A DNA stretch of 32,000 nt from Amoeboradix gromovi X-113 (GCA_018985225.1 JADGIF010000006.1:1-32000), one strand, 5' to 3'. Positions 1-10,559 are shown, counted from the stretch's first letter. A program made the numbers and translations. The notes: generated from the letters alone by a model not told the origin.

Positions 1-169
1 CTGATGCGATAAAATTGCACCTAGTCGTAGATCTGCAAAGTGTTGAATTGTGACAAAATACCAGTACCAATAAAAAGAAGTCCTATGATATTGAGTGTTG
101 TTTATTTTTTGTCTTTTTCACTTTCACGTCTAGCGGCTTAATTTCTAAAACACCTTTTTAATTTTTAAA

Positions 170-1294
170 ATGTTTAGTTGCTACATATGCCTTGAATCAT
201 TAAAGAATGCAGAGATGTGTGTAAAATGTACTAAGATGGCATGCTCAGATTGTTTGAAGAAGTGGAATCATCATCAGTGTCCTCATTGCAGACAACTCCT
301 GCAGTCTATTAAAGTTCCTTGGGTTGCTGACATTCAGTTAAGACTGAAAGATATGTGCCATCACAATGCACCTCTTAATTACTATTGCTGTACTTGCAAT
401 TGTTGTGCTTGTGCCGAGTGTGTTTTGCAGACTCATCGAAGCCATGTGATGGAGCGAGTTTCCACTAGATATGAGTTGGAAAAAGAGAATCTGGAAATGC
501 ACAAATCTCAGTTACTGCAGCTCTACAACATATATTCTGTATTTGTGGAAGAGCAGCTAAAAATTAAAAACGCGATTTCTTCGATTTCTGATTTATTGCT
601 ACAGTCTCCTCCTCAGCTTTTAAATAATGCACGCGATATCATTCAAGACATTCAAAGCACAATACTAGATGTCTCCACCGATCACGTTGTACCAAAAGAA
701 TCTTTTAACTTTAACTATTCAAATTCTGATGGCGAGCTATTATATTCCCCCACTTTTACCTCAATAACGGGCCTGGAATGGAGATTGAAAATATATCCAA
801 AAGGAAACACACAAGTTAGTGGAAAGTCTGTATCAATATTTCTTGAGCTAGTGAAGGACCCTTTTAACATCTCCAACTCTCGTCAGATCTCTTATTTTAT
901 AAAAATGAATCAGCATCAACGTCATTTTACTAGCGCATTTAGGGCTGGCGAATCCTGGGGGTATAACAAGTTTGCTAAAATTACAGAGTCAGGTGAACCA
1001 AATTTTCCGATAATAGTTCAAGTTGAGCTTTTTTACGCCAATATAATGGAGTACTGCAGAGACGCAACATTGAGATTGAAGAACAAGACGGTGGAATTTG
1101 AAGGAGTGAGAAAAAGTATTGAACATCATGTAGATAAGTCAGATTCAAATGTTGAGAGCTTGAATTCGTATGAATTAGGATTAGCGTATCAATACGAGGC
1201 AGAAGAAGAAAGTATAGAGCAAGACTACCCAATGTTCGACCTTACAGGACTGCTATTGGATCAAGTGTCAACTGAAAGTTTTGATGAAAATTAG
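170..1294 (+). CDS. TRIM37: TRIM37-like E3 ubiquitin ligase (RING, B-box, coiled coil, MATH)
   Basis: The protein has a RING (FSCYIC...CVKCTKMACSDC...QCPHCR), a B-box (CHHNAPLNYYCCTCNCCACAEC...HRSH) and a MATH domain (GLEWRLKIYPKGN...SIFLEL...SWGYNKF), followed by an acidic tail. Confidence 0.8.
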   Translation: MFSCYICLESLKNAEMCVKCTKMACSDCLKKWNHHQCPHCRQLLQSIKVPWVADIQLRLKDMCHHNAPLNYYCCTCNCCACAECVLQTHRSHVMERVSTRYELEKENLEMHKSQLLQLYNIYSVFVEEQLKIKNAISSISDLLLQSPPQLLNNARDIIQDIQSTILDVSTDHVVPKESFNFNYSNSDGELLYSPTFTSITGLEWRLKIYPKGNTQVSGKSVSIFLELVKDPFNISNSRQISYFIKMNQHQRHFTSAFRAGESWGYNKFAKITESGEPNFPIIVQVELFYANIMEYCRDATLRLKNKTVEFEGVRKSIEHHVDKSDSNVESLNSYELGLAYQYEAEEESIEQDYPMFDLTGLLLDQVSTESFDEN

Positions 1295-1681
1295 GTTTAT
1301 TTCGTGGATTTCAATAAATTCGGTATTATATTCTGATAAATTTCAATTTCTTCAAATGGAATTGATTCTAGAATGTTTGAATTAGTATTGGAATGTTTTT
1401 GAGGCGATCTTGCTGACTGAGAACTATGCTGATACATTTGTGATACAAGGAAAATATAACACAGCAAACCTATAAAAATGAAAGACGACAGCCATTAGGT
1501 CAGCATATAAGTCAGTAAATATAAATGATGAATCACGCAAAGCATATCTTTCTTGAAGCTACAGATTGTGTATACTTTTCCATCTCTTTTTATACCCGTC
1601 ATGGTCACATGTATAGTGATACCATCACGGTTATTTCAATGTGGCTTAAGAGTAAAAATCTCCCAATTCAAGTGATTTAAC

Positions 1682-2497
1682 ATGCTGAGGTTGGATGCAC
1701 CGACAGTGCTGATCCTTATGCTTTTAGGAATGGACTATTTTATGTTTTTTTCAGGCCTGAGCAAGGCCTTTTTTGTATTCAAACGAAAAAGAAGCCACAT
1801 CTTCATGCTGATCGTTGGTGGAATGGTGGCAACGCTGGTCGAAGTGACAGCTAGCTATGCATGGCTATACCTTGACACAGGAAGCTACGAGGTGTTTCTG
1901 GGATTTATAACATGCGTTTCTTGGCATCTGATGCTGCAGATACCCTGCTGGATATACTGCTTAAGGATACAAAGCTTGGTGGGGTATGACTATAAAATGG
2001 TAAGATATGCACGAGCAGCACCATTTATACTTGGAGTTGCCCAGTTGCCGAGTGCAATATCCTTTGTGTTTGCCATGTTCGACTATTCGTTATGGCCTTT
2101 CTTTGTGATAACCTCTGCAGTAACAACGATTGTAGCATGCGGCGTGGAGATAACAATGTATTTTGTGCTGCTAAAAAGAGTGAATACAATGTTCCAGTAC
2201 AGGAGAACAGTTAAAAAACAGATGGCCATGGAGCTGACAATGAGCATGGTGTTATTGATCGCACTGGATGTTTCACTTGTGGTAGTAAAGCTCACAGGGA
2301 GCAGTCTGCGGCCACTCACGTTACCCTCGCCGGTGCCGCAGATGGACAACGCCCTTCGACCGTTTTCATATTTCTTGCGAATCAACATAGCGATAAGGTT
2401 TTTTGACGACCTGGTCGAAAAGGTGAACAATCGGCCAAAGACCACCGAGTCATACGCTCGATGGTTTAATAGTAGCAATAGCGAGGACAATAAATGA
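1682..2497 (+). CDS. Multi-pass (6-7 TM) membrane protein, GPCR-like, function unknown
   Basis: This is a 271-aa ORF with 6-7 hydrophobic segments separated by short basic loops. Confidence 0.65.
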   Translation: MLRLDAPTVLILMLLGMDYFMFFSGLSKAFFVFKRKRSHIFMLIVGGMVATLVEVTASYAWLYLDTGSYEVFLGFITCVSWHLMLQIPCWIYCLRIQSLVGYDYKMVRYARAAPFILGVAQLPSAISFVFAMFDYSLWPFFVITSAVTTIVACGVEITMYFVLLKRVNTMFQYRRTVKKQMAMELTMSMVLLIALDVSLVVVKLTGSSLRPLTLPSPVPQMDNALRPFSYFLRINIAIRFFDDLVEKVNNRPKTTESYARWFNSSNSEDNK

Positions 2498-2518
2498 ATT
2501 GGTTTTACTCCGCTTTTC

Positions 2519-3358
2519 ATGGCCATTTTCAATAACTTGAAATTGCTGGCGCAGAAACAATACGCAGCAACGCACCCGAGCACGTTGCAAGCGCAGTACT
2601 TGTACAAGCATTCCGCAGCGCAGATTATAGAACGGCTGATGGACATAAAAAAGCCGTTTGCAACAATAACGGACTATCTTTCGGGACATGGCCATGTAAG
2701 CAGTCTACTAGATGAGGGTGCGGGGGTCGAACAGGTCCTTATGTACGAGCCTATCAAGGCTTATTACCCTCATCAGCTGGAAAGTACTGCAAATAGCCAG
2801 TTTGTAGAGACGCTGCCAATGAGTGAGTGCATTACGACAAACCTAAGGCTTCATTGGGAAAATGATCTGTTGGCACAGTTCAAGCTGCTCAACTCACATC
2901 TCACACCAAACGGGTGTCTCTTAGGATCCATTCTGGGTGGAGACACGTTATATCAGCTTCGAAGTAGCTTACAGCTAGCGGAGCAAGAGCGGCTAGGCGG
3001 CTTCAGTCCAAACCATACTTCACCAATGACTACCTTGAGGGACGTAGGATCCCTCCTTACAGAGTCCAGCTTTGTGCTGCCGACCGTGGACTACGAGGAG
3101 GTGACTGTTAACTACCCGTCTATATATGAGCTTCTCGTAGACCTGGAGCTTATGGGTGAGAGAAACGCTCTAAACGATTCAAAAGCGACGTTAAGAAAAG
3201 ATGTTCTGGTTGCTGCCGGTAGTATCTACACAGCCATGTATGGAAAAGAAACACCTGCAACGTTCCAGATCATATATTTTATTGGATGGAAGAGGGGCAC
3301 AGAGCAGATCCCCAAAAAAAAAGGTACACCAAAGACCAGGATCTCGGAGCTTCTTTGA
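2519..3358 (+). CDS. NDUFAF5: NADH dehydrogenase complex I assembly factor 5 (SAM-dependent fold)
   Basis: Recognised motifs are ERLMDIKK, LHWENDL, GGDTLYQLRSSLQLAEQERLGGFSP, LPTVD, DLELMGE and PATFQIIYFIGWK. Confidence 0.9.
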   Translation: MAIFNNLKLLAQKQYAATHPSTLQAQYLYKHSAAQIIERLMDIKKPFATITDYLSGHGHVSSLLDEGAGVEQVLMYEPIKAYYPHQLESTANSQFVETLPMSECITTNLRLHWENDLLAQFKLLNSHLTPNGCLLGSILGGDTLYQLRSSLQLAEQERLGGFSPNHTSPMTTLRDVGSLLTESSFVLPTVDYEEVTVNYPSIYELLVDLELMGERNALNDSKATLRKDVLVAAGSIYTAMYGKETPATFQIIYFIGWKRGTEQIPKKKGTPKTRISELL

Positions 3359-3435
3359 AAAGACCCAGCAACAGGGTACTATGGGCCTAGTAAATAAATG
3401 GTTTGAGATATGCTTTTATTTTCACAAGGCCGTAG

Positions 3436-3941
3436 ATGGTGACCTATGCATTTGTTGGAGAGTGCCAGTGCGGTAAATCTACCTTCATCAGAAACTTTTT
3501 TGACAGTGAGAATGTTGAGTCCTATGCAACTGTTGGTATAGACTTTGGTAGAGTCAAGGAGAAGGACAGAGTAGTTGAATTTTGGGAAATCGCTGGACAC
3601 GAGTATAGCCAGTCTTTTAAGAGGATCGCAGAGCCATTCATTGCATCGCATTTGCACTCGATAGATGTGCTCTTTACTGTGTTCAACAGCAGCGACCCTG
3701 CCTCTCTTTCTGCAAGTCTGAAATACATAGAATGGCTTCAGATGCATCATTCAATCATCGGCAAGGTACTTCTTGTTGGTACTAAATCAGACCTGGGTAT
3801 CCATTCTGTGTACTCGGGGACTGACTGCATCTTTACAAACAAGAACCAAAAAATAAATATAATTCCTTGAACGAGTCTTTTCGATGCTACGAGTTTGATG
3901 GCAAGTGTAGAAAGAGTTTGAATCAAAGCTTGATAAAGTAG
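3436..3941 (+). CDS. Divergent Rab-like small GTPase, possibly RJL/DNAJC27-type; probable intron 3797-3843
   Basis: Motifs are G1 GECQCGKST, G2 ATVGIDFG, G3 WEIAGH and G4 GTKSD. The unspliced ORF ends at 3870. Removing a 47-nt GT..AG intron with an ACTGAC branch-like motif adds a G5-like segment (CYEFDGK) ending at TAG 3941. Confidence 0.6.
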
Positions 3942-3971
3942 AAATTTCTCAACGTGTTTTTGGATTGCGAT

Positions 3972-5357
3972 TTATTTTTTCTGGTTCAGTTTGGATTTTA
4001 ATTCAACAACTCTCTTTACCACTGATTTTTTGTCTTGCCCATCCACCATTTCTGCTATTTTTTCCCATCTATCTTTATCAGACTTGTCACTGTATTTCTT
4101 CATTGCTGCTTCCAGTTGTTTTTGTTGTTCTTTGGTCCATTCAGCAGTCATTTCTGCTTTACGGTCATAGTCAATTGTTGCCTCTGTTACATCTCCTGAT
4201 TTATCCACTTTAGTCTGCAAATCTTTGATCCCTTCATTGTCTCCATTTTTAATCAGCTTCATTTTTTCAATCACATCAGCTTTTGTTCTCAAGTGCAACG
4301 TTTTGCATTGCTTTTTAATTTCTTGTGCTATTTTGTCAAATCTATTCGTGGCGCCACCAGGAATCTTCTTTATAGCTTGAATTAGAGCTGCACTCTCCTC
4401 CTTGGTCCAATCTGGTAGTTTCTCAGGCTTGCTTGCAGGCTTAACCACTTGTTTAATAACCACTTTTTTAACAGGTGCTTGCGGTAGCTTACCACCATTT
4501 CTAGCCTTTGCCATAGCAATCTTACGATCTCTAATTTCGTTCTTTTTACGTTCCTTTTCAGCTAATTCTTTTTCCTTCAACTTTTGACATCTTGGGTCTA
4601 ATTGCATGCTCTTTTGAATGGTCTCACTGATCTCGACAGCAGCAATTTTACGATTCTTTTCCCATTCCTTTTGTAGCTCTTTCTGGCGATGTCTTCGTTC
4701 ATCCCTTCCACCAGAAGTATTTCTTAGTTCAATTATGGAATCTAAATCAAATGTTCTCCAACTGGTGTACTTCAGCCAAGAGCTGTAAAAAATACCAACT
4801 TTTTCTTCCTTTATGTCACTGAATGCAGGCATCTTCTTTTTGTCAGAAAAGTGGGCTAGCTGGTTAAAGTATTTGCTGAAAACTTTGTTAAACTTTTCCT
4901 CGTCGACTTGTTCACCATTCATGTACTCCTCAGGCAAAGGAGTATGAATAGCATAAAATGGGTCCATGGAATCATAAGATCTTCTAGTTTTAACATCGCT
5001 AAGCAGTTCATGAGCTAAAGTAATTGCTTTAAACATCTCATCTTTTATACCCAAGTGATGGCATTTATCAGGATGAAATCGTAAAATCATTTGCTTGTAG
5101 TGAGCCAACAGCTCATCATTAGTAGCATTGTATCGTTTTGGGCACTCCAACAGCGAATACAAATCCACCGTGGACAACGGTTCACCTCTTTCAATTTTCA
5201 TTGCTTCTTCAATTAAATGAGTGACATTCTCTTCGATTTTAGCACCCTGTTTTTCAACCTTAACAATGCTCTGGTAATATTCCTCGTCATATTCCTTGAT
5301 GGATTTATGCAAATCAGTTGGATCTAAAAAATAAAAAGTAATTGGATTCAAAATCAT
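3972..5357 (-). CDS. DNAJC2: Zuotin/DNAJC2 (MPP11) ribosome-associated J-protein with two SANT domains
   Basis: The protein has a J domain with HPDK, RRSYDSMD, a zuotin homology region (FYSSW..YTSWRTF) and two SANT repeats (WTKEES.., WTKEQQKQLE..RWEKIA). The probable ATG is at 5357; the ORF-track extension to 5498 is not an ATG start. Confidence 0.9.
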   Translation of the reverse strand: MILNPITFYFLDPTDLHKSIKEYDEEYYQSIVKVEKQGAKIEENVTHLIEEAMKIERGEPLSTVDLYSLLECPKRYNATNDELLAHYKQMILRFHPDKCHHLGIKDEMFKAITLAHELLSDVKTRRSYDSMDPFYAIHTPLPEEYMNGEQVDEEKFNKVFSKYFNQLAHFSDKKKMPAFSDIKEEKVGIFYSSWLKYTSWRTFDLDSIIELRNTSGGRDERRHRQKELQKEWEKNRKIAAVEISETIQKSMQLDPRCQKLKEKELAEKERKKNEIRDRKIAMAKARNGGKLPQAPVKKVVIKQVVKPASKPEKLPDWTKEESAALIQAIKKIPGGATNRFDKIAQEIKKQCKTLHLRTKADVIEKMKLIKNGDNEGIKDLQTKVDKSGDVTEATIDYDRKAEMTAEWTKEQQKQLEAAMKKYSDKSDKDRWEKIAEMVDGQDKKSVVKRVVELKSKLNQKK

Positions 5358-5824
5358 ACTCCTCTGTCTTGGGTAGTCTGCAAAAATTAGTAAACTACAA
5401 TTCGGGGATAGTCCCCTGAGATAATGTCTCATAACTGTGACCCATTCATGCACTTTGCTAAAGCTTAGTGTTTTATGCATAACTGAATAACTAAGCACGA
5501 TTTTTATATGCCGGCAGTTCCAAATAGACAGACACGATGTATTTTATATCTGTTTCTGAGGGATTTGAGTGCAAACGTGGCAAAGAATCGTGGATTTCAG
5601 GAAGAATGTTTATTAGGTTGAGAACAATCGGGTCTAATGCGGAAACATTCTCTTCTACTCCTCTGCTAAGCAGTGCTTCGTTCAACTTCTTGGAAAATCC
5701 GTAATAATCATGCATTGAGTGTAAGCATTCATAGTGAACAACGTAACTGGTTGGTAATGCAAATGGACTGTCATGGCTTATCAGCTACTGTAGAGTGTAC
5801 AATTGCAAACTCGAAAACATTAGC

Positions 5825-5966
5825 TTTACAATACAAGCGACTCTAATGAAACCCAATGTGGAGACATGAAAAAACATAAATTTGAAGTGGAGAGCGAGCA
5901 CACGGCAACAATGGCGTATAACAGCATGTATACTTACTCGATCCAGTCTTAGGTGTGGAAGCATGA
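5825..5966 (+). mobile_element. Heavily decayed IS607/Fanzor2 remnant (copy F): Zn-finger/RuvC-III end plus start of right-end scaffold
   Basis: The sequence ctctaatgaaacccaatgtggagac...gaagtggagagcgagcacacggcaaca...tactcgatccagtcttagg.gtggaagcatga aligns by eye with the KKPNLE..EVDRDHTAARN..ttcaatcccgcctcagggtagtgaaagcgtga region of the other copies. Confidence 0.6.
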
Positions 5967-5967
5967 T

Positions 5968-6190
5968 GCGGGATTGAATAAGAATACACATTAGATTACT
6001 AGTAAGTGCTTTATTACATTCAACTGACGTCTTCTCTCTTTACATTTGAATTTCAAATGTTTTTTGATTGCTTAATGAGACATTCTTGATATACATCTAG
6101 TTTTCCCATTCTTGCAACCGTTTCTCAAAGTCAACGATGGGTGTATACCATATTTACTTTTTATTTCTTTAGATCTGATATATTCAGGTT
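5968..6190 (-). mobile_element. Decayed IS607/Fanzor2 remnant (copy G): TnpA HTH fused to Fanzor2 fragment
   Basis: The minus strand reads KPEYIRSKEIKSKYGIHPSLTLRNGCKNGKTRCIS (MerR-like HTH), then SH*AIKKHLKFKCKER../VECNKALTS. It ends in cttattcaatcccgc, which matches the other copies. Confidence 0.75.
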
Positions 6191-6752
6191 TGCGGTTTAG
6201 AAACACATAAGGGACATCAAATATAAAAACTGGACTAACTTTCTGTAACAGCTTGGAACATTATTTCAGTTTTATTAATTTATGGATTTAAGAGGCGAGT
6301 GGACATTGAGCTAGTTGCGGAGTTGACGAGTATAAAAGGAAAATAAATATTCTGTACAGCTTTTCTCTTACTCTATCATCCAATCTTTTTCAAATAAAAT
6401 ATCACTATTACACTTCAAAGAAATAGATAAGAGTAATGATGTTAGTATAGCATTAAATGAAATGAAGAAAGAGTACCGTCCAAGAAAATGCACCTTTTGC
6501 TTAGATGCTCAAAGACCTCATATATTTGAACGAGATTCAGGGTCTTCTACTTTTATTTTGAAAAGAGGAATACAATCAATGAAAGAAAATTGGTATAATA
6601 GAAGATCTTTTATCAATGATAGCATTTCCTCCGTATGGTGCACCTTTAAAAACGAGTTAGTCTGGTTTTATATTTGGTGTCCCAAATCTAGCAGATTTAA
6701 TTAAAAATGTAAATAGGAATATTAATAAAAGGCTTACAGCTAATTTAAATAC

Positions 6753-8741
6753 TTATTTATTAAGCTGTTTAATCTCTTGATGTGCCATCTCATGTTTGTT
6801 GAGCTGGGGAAACAATATCGATATTATATCACTATAATAATCCACAGGTATCCCTACCATTCCCTCTCGTATGCCTTTCTCAATATCCATCCATTCAGCC
6901 ATGTTGTCTCGCGGGAATATTACATTCTTAACTAGTTGGCGTTTAGCACTTATGACTTTTTCCAACAATCCCCCAATCCTCAGCACCTTCCCGCTTAGTG
7001 TTAGTTCGCCTGTCGTCGCATAATCAACTGGTACACTCCTGTTCAGCACCAAAGATAAAATACTCGTGCACATAGTTATACCCGCACTTGGGCCATCTTT
7101 TGGAGTTCCTCCTTCCGGTACATGCAAATGTATTTTGTTCTTAAATATGTCATTTTCAGGGTACTGGCGCAGCACATGTTTGGCATATGTGTATGCTATA
7201 CTAGCTGATTCCTTCATTACCTGCTTTAAATGGCCTGTGATTTGCAATCCTCCGTTCTTGTGGCTGCTTGACATGGTTTCCATTATACTTTCAATGTATA
7301 AAGTACATCCACCTAAACTCGTCCACGCTAGCCCCATAACAACACCTGGCACCAGGTACTCGTATCTCTGTTCGTTGTATTTTGGAATACCAAGATATTT
7401 GGCCAACAAAGACTCGTCTATCGTTATCGACGGATACTCTAGCGGCAGTGTTAGTTTAGGAGGTGAGAGGGATGGAGGTACTACAATTGAGCTATTAATA
7501 GGCGCTGCAACAGGTGCTTCACTCTCTTCTTTAGTCAAGGTCACCTCCCTAATATACTCCTGTCCAATCTTCTCTAGAGACTTCCATAGCTGACGCACTC
7601 CCGCTTCTCTACAATATTCCTTGATCAGAAGCTCGATAGCACTGTCTGGCATTGTGATTTGTAGCCTGTATTGTTTATTAATTTTTGAAATTAACAAATC
7701 CTTTGTCATTTTTATTTTATCGTTTATAGTGTACCCTGATATCTCAATAATTGTACATCTGTCTAATAAAGGTGTTGGAATAGTATCCATGGTATTGGCT
7801 GTTGCAATAAACATGCAATGGCTTAAATCAATTGGAGCATCAATATAATGATCCATGAACTCAGAATGCTGTTCAGGGTCTAATGCTTCCAATAATACAC
7901 TACTAGTATTCATGTTACTGAAGTGCGATCCCAGTTTATCGATCTCATCTACCAAAATGACTGGGTCCATGCACTTGGATCTGATAAGGGAATTGACTAG
8001 TTTCCCGGGCATACTACCGATATAAGTACGCCTATGACCCTTCAATTCACTTGCGTCATGCAGTCCCCCTAAAGGAATGCGAAATAATGGGCGATTTAAC
8101 GCTTTGCTGATACTGGTCACTATGGATGTTATACCAGTACCAGGTGGTCCCACCAAAAGTAAAATATTGGGTTTGTTACTGGTATATTTTAGCAAAGAAG
8201 CATAATTTAGTATCTGCTTCTTGACAGTTGCTAAGCCATAATATGTATTCAATGAGGACTCAATTTTGTTCAGCTTAATAGGAGTTTGAGTGAAATTGGT
8301 AAAAGGAATAGACTTGAGAACAGACAAATATTGTTTGTTAAGGTGATATTCACTATGGTGAGCTTCCAACTGGTTTAGCTTGTTTTGTTCTTTTGCAATT
8401 ATATCACTTATGTGCTGCGGATATTTGTTATCAATTTGTGGAAGCTGGGCTATAGAAGTTGAAGGTTGAGCTAGTGATTTAGAATCATTGTTGCGTTCTA
8501 ATTGAGCAACATGGTTGATAATGAAGTCAAGCCCTTCCTTTTCATTTAGATACATTAATGAGTAAGTAGCAGAATCATTCTTTAAAAGATTGCCTATAAA
8601 AGTAAGGAATAGCTCATAGTTTGCAAAGCAGTTGGGATGACAAAACTGACCGATTAAATGACGATAAGGTGTATGAAATAAAGTGTTAAGAATATGAATA
8701 AAACTGCGATCGTTGTGCAGAGATGGAACAATTGCTGCCAT
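6753..8741 (-). CDS. Lon protease homolog (PIM1/LONP1-like), N-domain missing, Walker A degenerate
   Basis: Recognised motifs are GHRRTYIGSMPGK, Walker B ILVDEIDK, LLEALDPEQ, YCREAGVR, HLHVPEGGTPKDGPSAG (catalytic Ser) and IGGLLEK (catalytic Lys). Walker A reads GPPGTGITS. Confidence 0.85.
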   Translation of the reverse strand: MAAIVPSLHNDRSFIHILNTLFHTPYRHLIGQFCHPNCFANYELFLTFIGNLLKNDSATYSLMYLNEKEGLDFIINHVAQLERNNDSKSLAQPSTSIAQLPQIDNKYPQHISDIIAKEQNKLNQLEAHHSEYHLNKQYLSVLKSIPFTNFTQTPIKLNKIESSLNTYYGLATVKKQILNYASLLKYTSNKPNILLLVGPPGTGITSIVTSISKALNRPLFRIPLGGLHDASELKGHRRTYIGSMPGKLVNSLIRSKCMDPVILVDEIDKLGSHFSNMNTSSVLLEALDPEQHSEFMDHYIDAPIDLSHCMFIATANTMDTIPTPLLDRCTIIEISGYTINDKIKMTKDLLISKINKQYRLQITMPDSAIELLIKEYCREAGVRQLWKSLEKIGQEYIREVTLTKEESEAPVAAPINSSIVVPPSLSPPKLTLPLEYPSITIDESLLAKYLGIPKYNEQRYEYLVPGVVMGLAWTSLGGCTLYIESIMETMSSSHKNGGLQITGHLKQVMKESASIAYTYAKHVLRQYPENDIFKNKIHLHVPEGGTPKDGPSAGITMCTSILSLVLNRSVPVDYATTGELTLSGKVLRIGGLLEKVISAKRQLVKNVIFPRDNMAEWMDIEKGIREGMVGIPVDYYSDIISILFPQLNKHEMAHQEIKQLNK

Positions 8742-8971
8742 ACTCTGCTCTTGAGTAGAATAGACTTATCTTGTCTTGTAGATACACTTTTATTCAGAAT
8801 CTTGTATGCCCATTGCCTTGACTATCCAGCCACCTTTGTTATTTGAAATAAGTGTACATTCTTGAATCCTGGAAAACTAGTTGATTTCTTAGGGTCGGTC
8901 CCAAATAGGAAGCACTATCCGATAAAATAATAATCTTGATTTATTAATATCCGTATCAACCAGTTTCCATA

Positions 8972-9798
8972 TCAACCAATATCCGTTTCTTTTTCCCCAG
9001 ATTTCATTATTTTAGTAAATTCATGGAGATCAGACAAAGTCATTTCTTGCAGATCAGTTTTTGAGAAGTCTGAAAAAAGTTGATCGCATATATGTCGGAA
9101 ATCTTCAAAAGAAGTGCTTTGTTGTTTGAACCAATAACACCAAGTGTATATTAATTTTTCTGGGTCGCCTATTCTTGTTATAGTACTTTGGAATTCTTCT
9201 GCGCTCCGATAGAAATCTTTTAAGTTTAAGTCATATTCCTCGATCCATTCTAAACCGTGATCCCGCAAGTCATCTGGGGTTAAAATACCAGCGGAGATCG
9301 CATTTGTATAGTGATGAGTAATGTCCTTTCCACTAAAGAAATTCTCTTCAATATCTTTTAACTTAAGATCAAAATGATTGAAAAATAAATGAGCTGCTTC
9401 GTTATATTTATCAGGAAATGTCACTCCTCGTGGGTCAATATTTCTAGAAAACGCTTCATTACAAGACGCTTTAACTATAAAATAATTTGTTTTCTTTACA
9501 CCTTGACACCATGACATGAAAGCTTTGTAATTAAATGGCAAATAAATTGAAAAATTATTGGCCAAATGTAACAAATTTTGAGAGGGTAGCATATGTTCAT
9601 ATTCATAGTTCATGTAGTTGTAAAACAACTCACGGTACTTTGAATAACCTTTCAAGCTTTCTTCTATTTATTCAACCCCATAAGGATTAAAAAACCCGAT
9701 TACTAGATTGCAGCTAACTTTAACTTTTTGAAACAATTTGTCATTCTTGACAAGGTCATTGCACCATAAGTAAAACAGTCTGTTGTTTACGCTAGTGC
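8972..9798 (-). pseudogene. Unknown protein with repeated WC motif, interrupted by an in-frame stop
   Basis: The 227-codon ORF continues upstream in frame across one TAA (..FFNPYGVE*IEESLKGYSK..) to about 9798. No ATG start is evident. Confidence 0.4.
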
Positions 9799-10038
9799 CC
9801 TAAATTGGAGGAGAAGAAAATATAAGTGCGAGAACAAACAACATTAACAGGATGTCTTTGTTTCACAGTCCTCTGCTCATTTTTTTGTTCGTGATGCTTT
9901 GTGCAAGGTACAAACCCCGAGTTTGTAGCATAGCTGAGGAACCATTGACGTTAATAATTGTACTGTTTAATTGTAACATTTATAATAGGACGCCTTCGAG
10001 GATAAAAGTTAACGTCAAAATGAGCACCTATCAATTAC

Positions 10039-10559
10039 AGCTTCTTCATTTTGTTGAATAAATTATTTATCGAGAACTAGCACGCATTTTATCTTAACGC
10101 GAATTTTCCAATAGGTTGAATGCTCGAAATTCTTCCTTTTCACAAACAGTACACGGAATGAATGGATTTATCCCGAATATTTTAGATTTAAAGAAATAAG
10201 TAGCAACATCATCTAATATACTTATCATCGTTCAATAAGAGCCAGGTGATAAGTAACTTGTGGAGCAAGGTCGCAAGAAAAACGCTTGAAGTTCAAGTGC
10301 AAGCTGAGAAAGACGATGGGCAAATATAATAAAGTATTAGTAGTCAGACATGTAAAAGGTGTGGTACTCTAAAGAAGAACAATTTAGAAACCACATCTGT
10401 ACAAATTGTCATTGGTATACATAAAGTATATGCATCCTAGTTCAATCCCGCCTCAGGGTAGTGAAAGCGTGAGCAATCACTGCAACGGATCATCTAGCAT
10501 TACAGGTTTCTCTGTAGAATTTCTAGATCTTCTCGGAAGACAGGACTTTTAACGAGGAG
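10039..10559 (+). mobile_element. Non-autonomous IS607/Fanzor2 element, copy A (both ends present)
   Basis: The left end is ACAG|cttc..ttgaataaattatttatcgagaa. Coding remnants read PEYFRFKEISS, PGDK*L, KRLKFKCK and SSQTCKRCGTLKKNNLET..CTNCH. The right end is ...ggacttttaacgaggag. Confidence 0.85.

Noticed and set aside
2083-2695. Antisense/overlapping ORFs (also 7066-7593, 12095-12382, 20172-20513 and similar)
   Set aside because: These are shadow ORFs opposite well-supported genes and have no recognisable motifs.
6462-6704. 80-aa ORF as a RuvC-I fragment or real gene
   Set aside because: It has no convincing motif or paralog.
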